Positions 10,036 to 19,300 of a stretch of DNA of 64,000 nt are shown in pieces. Origin of the DNA: a bacterium (GTDB lineage: Bacteria > UBA10199 > 2-02-FULL-50-16 > JAJFLM01). The position numbers and the translations under genes are program-made. Under the pieces are notes generated by a model that saw only the letters and a list, made by a program, of their open reading frames with translations, did not search any database and was not told where the DNA came from. The first letter of the stretch is position 1. Each line of letters opens with the position of its first letter. The stretch spans positions 608,001-672,000 of the forward strand of contig CBDCFN010000016.1 of assembly GCA_965216315.1 (NCBI GenBank), in the 5' to 3' direction.

Positions 10036-10338
10036 GTGGAAATGGAGAAAAAATCTGAAGGGCTGGTGGGCCTGGGCGAAATATTGGGGCAGCGCGTCAT
10101 AGCCAAGCGGCAGCCCGTGCTAACCCTGCTAGATCTAGTGAAAAAATGGCCGGAAATCGTCGGTACCTACGTCGCGAAACAGGCCTTTCCGAATCGCCTG
10201 CAACAGGCAACCCTCGTGGTCCAGGCGATCTCGCCGATTTGGGCCCAAGAACTCCAGATGATGGCGCCTCGGCTCTTGGAGGCTATCGACGAGCACTGCC
10301 CGCATTTGAATGTAAAAAGACTGCGCTTCGTTTCTTAA
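10036..10338 (+). CDS. DciA/DUF721 family protein
   Basis: WPEIVG...A.P..L....LVV...SPIWAQELQM pattern. Confidence 0.8.
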   Translation: MEMEKKSEGLVGLGEILGQRVIAKRQPVLTLLDLVKKWPEIVGTYVAKQAFPNRLQQATLVVQAISPIWAQELQMMAPRLLEAIDEHCPHLNVKRLRFVS

Positions 10339-10422
10339 TAGGGGCTTGCGTCTGATCAGCGTCTCTGACGCCCCAAGTGCCGAGAGCTCTGCGATCGGCT
10401 GCCTCCTGTTCGCTAACAGAGA

Positions 10423-11736
10423 CTAATCAATCAAGTTAATTACGAGACCTGTTGGAAGTTTTGGATAAAAGTAAGTTGTTTTGGGCGGCATGAACTGACC
10501 CGCTTCGGCAACCGTGCGAATTTGCGCAAGCGGGGATGCATTCATGATGATGCCGACTTGGGCATCGGGTTCGTGGATGCGCTTGAGAAAGTCTTTTCCC
10601 GACTTCATGTAGTTGATGTAGTCTGTGTTTTCTTGGTCGAGTGCCGTGTAGCCGAGAAAACTTTCGAGAAAGACTTTGTGCAGAATCGCGGCATCAAGTG
10701 ATTTGAGCGGTTCGTCAACTATTTGCAAGGCGGGAATCTGGTTGAGTTGAGTACTTTCAATCGAGGCGATATAGCGCTTGGTATCGCCTTGGAGTGAAAT
10801 ACCGAAGACATGTTTGTTGGCTGCGGCTGATTGCGAAACACGGTCAAACCAATCCTCATCACTGATATCAGTCAACTCTTCTACAGCAAAAAAATCGCGG
10901 ACTTTAGCTAAAAAATCACCGGCTGAAAAATCGGGTCGGTGATGGGCGACACGATGGGTCGGAAGGACGAGCAAGCCGGGATCCTCTACTTCCTCACAGA
11001 ACATCAGCACATAGCCGGCAAGTTCGTTTGGCTGGTTATCTTTACGCCATTGTGCGTAAGCAAGCGCCGTTTCGTAGCGATGATGGCCGTCGGCGATTAG
11101 AAACGGGCTGTCTTGAACCGCGTTCTGTAATGATTGAATCCAAGTCTGATCGGTGACTTGCCAAAGACGGTGCTGTTGGCCGCTATCATCTTTGATGTCA
11201 AAAAGGGGATTGGTTTCTACAGCTTGTTTCATTAGTTGCGCGGCGGCTCCGGACTCATCGCGGAAGAGAGCAAAGATCGGACTCATCTGAGTGGAGGTTG
11301 CCTTCATGAGTGCAAGCCGGTCTTTCTTGGGGCCTGCCAAGGTCTTTTCGTGTGGGAAAACCTTACCCGCGCCAAAGGCTTCAAGGCGGCGCAGGGCGTA
11401 GAAGCCGCGACGTGTAAAACGCTGTCCGTCGGGCGCTGTAAATATTTGCTCATAGACGTAGATTCCCGTTTGGGGATCACGCGCGAGGACTCCCTTGTCT
11501 TGCCAGGCTTGATAATCGCTGGCGGCCTTAGCGTAACGTTGTTCAGTCGGTTGACCGCTTCCTTCCTGAGTCACATCCAGCCAGGCGATATTGTAAGCAC
11601 TTTTATCATAGAGGGCTTTTTGTTGTTCAGGTCCGATGACGTCATAGGGTGGCGCGATGACATCCGCTAGATTATCTATTGAGGTCAGGTTGTAGCGGAG
11701 TGCTTGAAAGGGGAGTATTGTCTCTTGCTTCGTCAT
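10423..11736 (-). CDS. DUF1015 family protein
   Basis: PFQALRY, APPYDVI, PHEKTL...DRL.L, IADGHHRYETA, MPPKTTYFYPKL. Confidence 0.9.
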   Translation of the reverse strand: MTKQETILPFQALRYNLTSIDNLADVIAPPYDVIGPEQQKALYDKSAYNIAWLDVTQEGSGQPTEQRYAKAASDYQAWQDKGVLARDPQTGIYVYEQIFTAPDGQRFTRRGFYALRRLEAFGAGKVFPHEKTLAGPKKDRLALMKATSTQMSPIFALFRDESGAAAQLMKQAVETNPLFDIKDDSGQQHRLWQVTDQTWIQSLQNAVQDSPFLIADGHHRYETALAYAQWRKDNQPNELAGYVLMFCEEVEDPGLLVLPTHRVAHHRPDFSAGDFLAKVRDFFAVEELTDISDEDWFDRVSQSAAANKHVFGISLQGDTKRYIASIESTQLNQIPALQIVDEPLKSLDAAILHKVFLESFLGYTALDQENTDYINYMKSGKDFLKRIHEPDAQVGIIMNASPLAQIRTVAEAGQFMPPKTTYFYPKLPTGLVINLID

Positions 11737-12380
11737 GAAATCTCACTTTCTGCGAACAGTTCAAATATATCTTCGGCAGCGATATCGCCTTCACGGATAA
11801 TGACAAGTTTTTCTTCCGATGCATCAACAACGGTTGATCCGCGACTTGGCAAAAGTTCGCCACAGTCTGCAATTAAATCAATTTTTTCAGCGAAATAGTT
11901 CTGTACATGTTTGATGCTGAATGAAGGGGGGAATCCCGCCAAATTGGCACTCGTTGTCGTGAGCGGCTTGCCCAGGCCCGCTGTAATCGCTCGGGCCACG
12001 GGATGTGAAGAGGCGCGGATGCCTATCTTACCGGTATTGGTGGTCAGGGCCTTTGAGATGACAGCATTGGTCGGGAATAAAATCGTGAGGGGGCCCGGCC
12101 AGTATTTTTCTATAAGCGGTTCTACTTGGGGAGGGATTTCCCGAACAACGTCCTTGAGCATATCAACATCTGAGACGATTACGGCGATTGGATTTCCATA
12201 ATCCCGCCTTTTAAGGTCGAAAAGACGTTTAATTGCGTAGTCGTTGGTGACATCGACACCCAAGCCGTAAAAAGTCTCGGTGGGATATGCGGTGATAGCT
12301 CCTTGGCGGATTGCTCCGGTGATTTCATCGATGAGGCTTTTGTCGATGTTGTCCGGATCAATCGAAAGAATGCGACTCAT
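11733..12380 (-). CDS. tsaC: L-threonylcarbamoyladenylate synthase (TsaC/Sua5)
   Basis: YPTETFYGLG, LKRR, WPGPLT, TTSANLAG, STVVD, IREG. Confidence 0.92.
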   Translation of the reverse strand: MSRILSIDPDNIDKSLIDEITGAIRQGAITAYPTETFYGLGVDVTNDYAIKRLFDLKRRDYGNPIAVIVSDVDMLKDVVREIPPQVEPLIEKYWPGPLTILFPTNAVISKALTTNTGKIGIRASSHPVARAITAGLGKPLTTTSANLAGFPPSFSIKHVQNYFAEKIDLIADCGELLPSRGSTVVDASEEKLVIIREGDIAAEDIFELFAESEIS

Positions 12381-12883
12381 GAAGACTGAACTTTCTCATT
12401 CTGTGAGATGACTTTATCGGCAAGGCTCTTGCGATAATCAGCTAATTTTTGGGCAAGATCCGCATTATCATTTGCGAGTATCTGTACAGCAAAAAGCCCG
12501 GCATTACGTGCCCCTGATTTGCCAATGGCCATGGTGGCGACAGGAATGCCGCCAGGCATTTGGACCGTGGCTAATAAGGAGTCCAGCCCCTTCAGTGCGG
12601 ATGAATCGATGGGGACGCCGATGATCGGGAGTGTTGTATTGGCGGCGAGTACCCCCGCTAAATGAGCGGCATGTCCAGCCCCGGCGATTATGACTTTTAA
12701 CCCCCGGTCACGTGCACTCGTGGCGTAGTCATGGGTTTGATTCGGGGTGCGATGGGCACTTGAGATGACAATCTCATTGCCGATGCCAAATTCTTCGAGT
12801 ATTTTGACGGCCTCTTGCATGATCGGTAGATCTGATTCGCTGCCCATTAAAATGCCGACCTGTGGGTTGTTTGAATGAGTCAT
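12377..12883 (-). CDS. purE: N5-carboxyaminoimidazole ribonucleotide mutase
   Basis: VGILMGSESD, SAHRTP, IAGAGHAAHLAG, VQMPGGIPVAT. Confidence 0.95.
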   Translation of the reverse strand: MTHSNNPQVGILMGSESDLPIMQEAVKILEEFGIGNEIVISSAHRTPNQTHDYATSARDRGLKVIIAGAGHAAHLAGVLAANTTLPIIGVPIDSSALKGLDSLLATVQMPGGIPVATMAIGKSGARNAGLFAVQILANDNADLAQKLADYRKSLADKVISQNEKVQSS

Positions 12884-12884
12884 G

Positions 12885-14138
12885 TTAAGTTCCGATGTCC
12901 TTTCTATAGTAGCAGCCTTTCCACTGAATTTTTTCAATCGCGGCATAGGCTTTAGTTCGCGCTTCAGTACGGTCTTGTCCTAATGCGGTGACGCCGAGGA
13001 CACGGCCTCCATTCGTAACGATTTGTCCATTTTCTTGCTTGGTGCCCGCGTGAAACACGATGACATCGGCATCATTAATGCTATCAAGGCCCGCGATGAC
13101 ATCGCCCCTGCGATAAGCGCCGGGGTATCCCTCACTGGACATAACGACGCAGAGCGCATGCCGCGCATCCCATTGGAGCGGCGTTTCACGAAGCGCTCCT
13201 GCATGAGTGGCTTCCAATATATCAATAAGGTCTGTTTTGAGTCGTGGCAATATCACCTGGGCCTCCGGGTCACCAAAACGGACGTTAAACTCAAGGACCT
13301 GGGGGCCGTCCTCGGTTAACATCAAGCCGGTATAGAGTATGCCTTTGAATGGGGAGCCTTGAGCCCGCATTCCATCAATGACCGGTTGAACGATTTCATT
13401 AATGATCTTCGTGCGGAGGTCTTGATTTAACGTGTCGGTGGGACAGAAGGTCCCCATGCCGCCCGTGTTGGGGCCCTTGTTCCCTTCAAAGATTGGTTTG
13501 TGGTCTTGGGCGGGCTCCAGGGGGAGAACTGCGGTCCCATCTGAAAAGACGAGAAAACTGGCCTCGACACCTTCAAGGCAATCTTCAACGAGGACTTCTT
13601 TACCGGCATCACCGAAAGTCTTTTTGATGAAAATTTCGTCCAATGCCTGCATGACATCCGCTTCAGTTTGACAAACAAAGACCCCTTTGCCGGCGGCGAG
13701 TCCGTCAGCCTTAATAACTTGCGGCAGACCACGTTCATCAATGTAGCTCCGCACGGAATTCGCGTCCGTAAAGACTTCGAAGGCGGCCGTTGGTATCCCG
13801 TGCTCGGCCATAAAACGCTTAGAAAAAATCTTGGAACCCTCGAGCTGGGCGGCCGCCGCTTCCGGGCCAAAGACTTTGAGATTGGCATCTCGAAAACGGT
13901 CGACAATTCCGGCGCAAAGGGGGGCTTCGGGGCCGACGACGGTCCAGTCGATGCCTTCGCGTTGGGCAAATTCGAGGAGCTTCTCGATCTCCTCGGCCCC
14001 GATGGGGATGCATTCGCCCAGTTGCGCCATGCCCGGGTTGCCGGGAGCCGCAAAAAGTTGAGTGATTTTAGGGCTTTGAGAGAGCTTCCAGGCCAGGGTA
14101 TGTTCGCGGCCACCGCCGCCGATGACGAGTACTTTCAT
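12885..14138 (-). CDS. purD: Phosphoribosylamine--glycine ligase
   Basis: VLVIGGGGREH, LEGSK, KADGLAAGKGV, QDHK, GPNTGGMG, EFNVRFGDPE. Confidence 0.97.
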   Translation of the reverse strand: MKVLVIGGGGREHTLAWKLSQSPKITQLFAAPGNPGMAQLGECIPIGAEEIEKLLEFAQREGIDWTVVGPEAPLCAGIVDRFRDANLKVFGPEAAAAQLEGSKIFSKRFMAEHGIPTAAFEVFTDANSVRSYIDERGLPQVIKADGLAAGKGVFVCQTEADVMQALDEIFIKKTFGDAGKEVLVEDCLEGVEASFLVFSDGTAVLPLEPAQDHKPIFEGNKGPNTGGMGTFCPTDTLNQDLRTKIINEIVQPVIDGMRAQGSPFKGILYTGLMLTEDGPQVLEFNVRFGDPEAQVILPRLKTDLIDILEATHAGALRETPLQWDARHALCVVMSSEGYPGAYRRGDVIAGLDSINDADVIVFHAGTKQENGQIVTNGGRVLGVTALGQDRTEARTKAYAAIEKIQWKGCYYRKDIGT

Positions 14139-14190
14139 GGAAGGCCTGATCTAACGCGTCAGGACGAGGAAAACAAGTGGGGGGCCGAAA

Positions 14191-16368
14191 TTATCTGACC
14201 GAAAAATGCACGGGCTCGGTTTCACGGATTTTTTTACCGTTTCGCCATATCGTTGCGTAAAGGAGGTGCTCGCCTTTTTGGAGGGGCCAGAGATAGCGAC
14301 CGTTATTAGTCCGGGCGATCAATTTTCTATTGAGCCACCACGTGACGTGATCTGTCGCGGCTAAACCACTCACTAAGAATTCGAAAGCCTGCTCCGAATC
14401 CGGTATGCGCGGATCGCGGGCGAGGTGTAGGCCGGGAGTGGGCTGAAGCAGCTGGATCGGCTTGTTTGAGTTGGCTGGTTTGGTCCAGGCGTTGGATGCT
14501 GTTCCCGGTACAAACCATTCCTTGCCTTCGACGCAGGGGGCCGTTGCAGTGCGTGCGATACAGGTTGAGTGCTGTACCAATCGTGGGCTCAAGTAGAGGG
14601 GCCGCGTCTTTTTGTGCTCATTGAGATGAGAAAAAATACTACGTAAAAGAAGCGTCGGTCCGCGTGATCCTGTTAGGCCCTTGGTCGCACTTTGATCAAG
14701 ATTTCCCATCCAGATGCCGACGACATAACGATGATTAAATCCAATCGACCAGGCATCGCGATAATCGCTCGAGGTTCCCGTTTTAACGGCGGTTTGGACG
14801 GGAAAGCGCAAGACGCTGTTGCGCCCAAACTCGAGTTGGCGTGCTTCAGGGTCGGATAGAATGTTGGCGATCAGTGAGCTGATTTCCGGAGACATGACTT
14901 TCTTGGCTCCATCGACCGGATTATCATCGTGGAAGACATGCAATGGGCGGAGGTGACCTCGATTTGCCAAGGCCGTATAGGCTTGAACGAGTTCGAATAG
15001 GCTGATTTCGCCATTCCCCAGGGCAAGTCCATCACCATAGTAGTCTGCTTCTTGTCGCAAGCTGGTAATGCCTAGGTCGAGCAGACGTGCAAAGAAGTGG
15101 TCAACGCCGACGAAGCGGATGGTTCGTATCGCGGGGATGTTGAGGGAGTTGCCTAGGGCTTCGCGAAGCGTCACCGGACCATAGAAAAGGCGGCTGTAAT
15201 TTTGAAAACTGTGCAAGCCGTGGCCCAAGGACTCCGTTAAAGGACTGTCGTTAATAAGCGTTGCGGCGGTCCAGCCGGATTCGAGGGCCATTCCATAGAC
15301 GAAGGGCTTGAGGGTTGATCCCGGTTGCCGTGGTGTCGTGACGGCATCGATGTGACGACCGGGGACATCGTCTTTGTCGCTACCGGCGACGGCCCAGGCG
15401 AGAATGTGTCCTGTTTGATGGTCAGCGATAAGAACCGCACCGTTGCGCACCTCGTAACGCTTGAGTCGTTGCAGCCGTTGATCCAGGCGGTCCTGCACCC
15501 AGCGCTGTAGCGAGGCCTCCAAGCTTGTGCGCAGCGTTTGCGTTTCGGTATGTTCCGGGAGAGTGTGTTGGCGAGCATAGTGAATAAAGTGCTTGGCTGC
15601 CACGGAGAGGTGAGGGGCTTCGAGTGAAAGGGTTTCGTCGAGTATGGCTTGGTAGGAAGTCGGTTGAAGAATCCCTTGCTCGCGCAGCTGTGCGGCTAAG
15701 CGCTTGATCGGTTCTTCGATGCGAGTTGCCTGCTGGTAAGGGTCAAGGCGCGATGGAGCGCGCACGAGTACGACGAGAGTGAGGATTTCTTTAGGGCTCA
15801 GTGTCTCTAAGTCGCGATTAAAATAATAGCGAGCGGCTTGCAGAACACCGCGTCGATTCGAGGCATAGGGAACTTGGTTGAGGTAGAATTCGAAGATCTC
15901 GGCCTTCGTAAACTTTTTCTCCAGCGCGGAAGCCTCCCATCCTTCGAGCCAACGTGACCACAATGTGCGGGGACGCGGGTGAAGAAGGCGGGCGACTTGT
16001 TCGGTGATCGTGCTGGCACCCCGGACTTTGCGGAGCGCCTTGATATTCTGAAAGAGCGCATGGAGTCGGGCTTGCCAGTCAACACCGCTGTGTTCGTAGA
16101 AACGTTTATCTTCAGAGGCGATAAAGCTCTGCTGGAGCAGTGCAGGAATCTCATAAAGCGACAGAGTATCGTGGTGATTCCAGCGATTTTGATAGGAAAC
16201 GCTTAGGGACTGCCCGTGACGATCCAGTACCTGTAAGCGCTCAATGTCGGAAAGAACGTTCCGCAGAGATAATGGTGAGGAGTTAAGACTATAATATGTT
16301 GTTGCGGTAAGAGCTGCGGCTGTTCCAGCCAAGACGCAAACAACAATAATAAGTATTCTTCTGCCCAT
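14191..16368 (-). CDS. pbpC: Penicillin-binding protein 1C
   Basis: EDKRFYEH and GASTITEQ transglycosylase motifs; GSTLKPF, SLN and KTGTS transpeptidase motifs; lies directly downstream of alpha-2-macroglobulin. Start could also be 16380. Confidence 0.9.
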   Translation of the reverse strand: MGRRILIIVVCVLAGTAAALTATTYYSLNSSPLSLRNVLSDIERLQVLDRHGQSLSVSYQNRWNHHDTLSLYEIPALLQQSFIASEDKRFYEHSGVDWQARLHALFQNIKALRKVRGASTITEQVARLLHPRPRTLWSRWLEGWEASALEKKFTKAEIFEFYLNQVPYASNRRGVLQAARYYFNRDLETLSPKEILTLVVLVRAPSRLDPYQQATRIEEPIKRLAAQLREQGILQPTSYQAILDETLSLEAPHLSVAAKHFIHYARQHTLPEHTETQTLRTSLEASLQRWVQDRLDQRLQRLKRYEVRNGAVLIADHQTGHILAWAVAGSDKDDVPGRHIDAVTTPRQPGSTLKPFVYGMALESGWTAATLINDSPLTESLGHGLHSFQNYSRLFYGPVTLREALGNSLNIPAIRTIRFVGVDHFFARLLDLGITSLRQEADYYGDGLALGNGEISLFELVQAYTALANRGHLRPLHVFHDDNPVDGAKKVMSPEISSLIANILSDPEARQLEFGRNSVLRFPVQTAVKTGTSSDYRDAWSIGFNHRYVVGIWMGNLDQSATKGLTGSRGPTLLLRSIFSHLNEHKKTRPLYLSPRLVQHSTCIARTATAPCVEGKEWFVPGTASNAWTKPANSNKPIQLLQPTPGLHLARDPRIPDSEQAFEFLVSGLAATDHVTWWLNRKLIARTNNGRYLWPLQKGEHLLYATIWRNGKKIRETEPVHFSVR

Positions 16369-16382
16369 AAGACAGTCCAAAA

Positions 16383-19300
16383 TTAATTGTTACTAATCTG
16401 TAATGTCGCTGGCAAGCCTTTGCCGTAGATATCCGGGTCATACATTTCCTCGGCATGAATGGGGAAGAGTCCGAAGTTGCCGGTCGCGATCGCCTGGGCC
16501 GTGTAGGACAGGTGATAATGGCCGGGTGCCAGATACTCGGAGTAAAAACGTACGGCATTATGGCGCAATTCTTGGTGATAAAAACTCCAGCGTGAGACGC
16601 CATAGTGAGACCAATCATTAAACTTAAACCAGTAGGATCCGCCAGCTGCTTGGTAGTCACCAGCTTCCGCGTCGAGTACGGAGGCCGTAGCCAAGTCACG
16701 GTTGATCGGTTCAAGGCCGCCGGGAACGGGATCGTCGACGACAACAAAGTAGCGCGCCGTCGGAAGATCGATAAAAATATCGACGCGCACGACATCGCCG
16801 CGTTTCAGCTGATCGTCTTTGAGTAGAACCCACTTATTATTGCGGCGCACACTGTATTCGCGACGGATTTCAATGCCTGAGTTGATGCGCTCCTCGCGTG
16901 GTTTGAGATAGGCATAGCGTAAGCGTGTCGCATAGTAGAGGCGACCCTCGCCATCTCGATCCAGCGTGAGTTTGGCCTTGCGGCCGGGATCATTGGCTTT
17001 GAGGGGGCGCTTGAGTGTTACCGCTTCGTCATTTAAAGCGTAAAAACTGGCGTCGCCAAAATTTTCTCCATCGAGGCTTGCATCAACGGTCATATCAGGC
17101 GTAACGTTTTCGAAGACGCGGCTATAATCCGTCAGGGCGTTCATGCAGAAGACATTTTCTTGGGTGTTCTCCCAGTGGTCTTTGCGGCCCCGTGCTTGGG
17201 TGAGCGTACGTACCAGCTTGAACGGGATGGTCTTTTCTTTGGCCGCGACGAGCGAACTTAAAATGGCGCATTGTGAGCGCAGTGGTGTCGCTAAGATGCG
17301 TGTGAAGCCGTCGTCAAGCTCCTCATTAAATTGGAATTTGCCCCCGCTTTGATTCGAATGGGCCAATATTTTTTCTAGGACCTCCTGCGCAATGTCCGCC
17401 GCATTAGGGACTTTGAGGGCCGCTTGTAAGAAATGGGCCCTGCCAAACAGGCTCATTGCGTCGACGTGCTTGCGATAACGCTCCAGGTCACTGCGTTGAA
17501 CCTTGCCGTGCTGGGCAAGGGCGGCAAGGGCAACAGCACGGACGGTAGACGTCATTCCCTGCGAATAATAACCGGGAACGACGTTGCGCTTAAGGAGGCC
17601 ATCTAAATAGGTGAGTAACTTTTCTTCGACGCTGGACGGGATCTGGTGCCCTGACTTGCGCAACCAGTTGAAGGCAAGCGCGGTATAGGCGCTTAAGTAG
17701 GGACTCGCGTAATGATCTTCGGGAATGTAGTAGGTGAAGGCCCCGCTGGGTGATTGAAAGTCCGCGGCATCTTCCAATATTGATTTCGTGACCTCGACAC
17801 TCTCTTTCCATTCAAGTTCTGCGGGGAGATATTCTTTGAGGTTGCGATAATGCGATGCCATGAGCCCCTTGCTCAAGCGTTGCTCCCAGCAGCTATAGGG
17901 GTAGTCGGCCATATACCGAAAGGCACCGGCAACATTACCGATGACGCTCGGGGTCAGGACAACGCTTAAGTCACCAACGTCGGTTCGGATCTGGTCAGGA
18001 AACTGGATGGACGTTTCCGTATGCTGCGCCGTGGTGGTCCCATAATCGGCAGCCGTTTCAAAGGTGACTAAGGTGTGCACGGGGATGCTGTGTTCGAGCC
18101 CATCACGGTCCGTCTCGTCTCCAGCAATGACTTTAAAGTGCAGGGCCTCGGTCGCAAACTTTGTCTGCTTCCGCTTCGTCTGCAACGGCATCCAGACCTG
18201 GGTTCGTTTGAAAGGCTCCAGTTTGACACTGGTTTTATAACTATTGGGAGTCGCCGCGGCGTCAATCGGTCCCGAAGCTTGGATCTTGACTTCGATGGTG
18301 CGCGCTTTATCGGTACGGTTCATGATCGTAAAGCCGGCATCAAACTTATCACCGAGGCTGACCTGGTTGGGCAATGCCGGGAGGATCTGAGTGGGTCGAT
18401 TGACCTTAAAGTTGCCTTGGCCCAGGCCCATTCGGTCACTGGGTGTCATGGCGAGAGTCAGAATGCGCCAACCCGTCAGATTATCCGGCAGGACAAAGTC
18501 AAAATTGGCTTCACCATTTTCATTCGTCTTGATGGAAGGGTTCCAGTAACTGACAAATTTAAAGATAGAACGCATGGCGACATCACTGCCACCGCCACCG
18601 CCAGGGCTGGCCCCTTTCTTTTCAAATTTTTGGATGCCGATAAGTCGCGTGATGAGATTATAATTGGTCAGGTCAAGGCTATCGAGGCGGTAGAACCCTT
18701 CATAAGGGTCGAAATGTTTTTTGCCTCCTTGGATCATATCAAATACGGCTTCGTCCAAAACAGCGACCGCTAGCTCGATCGGCCCTTTACCTTTGGGGTG
18801 ACGCGGCTGCGCCTTGACGGAAACGTGGACCCGTTCTCGTGGTTTGTAAACCGGCTCTGCTGTTTTGATATCCACTTGCATTTCATTGTACGGGTCGCGC
18901 ACCGGAACACGAACGTATCCGATGCGGAATGCCGGTTTACCAAGGTCGACATTACCTTTGCCCAGCGGTTTGTCGACGCGCGGGGAGATGACTACGGCAG
19001 AGAGATAGAAACCGGGTAAAAACTCGGGCTCTACCGGAAATTCGAGCACGGAGGTGCTGTTGTCCAAGGTTTGGACCCAATGTTTGAGAATACCGTAACG
19101 CTCAATCGTGATCAGCGCCTTCGCCCCGGGAAAGGGATTTTTAATCAAGTAACGGGCGGTTTCACCGATGCGGTACGATTCTTTTTCGGGAATGATTTTA
19201 AGATTAAAGTCATTGCCCTCATCCCAGAGGACATAACCTGAGCCAACGACCCAGGTATGGAGCTGCGTTTTGTGAACGCGATTTTGAGTATCATGAATTT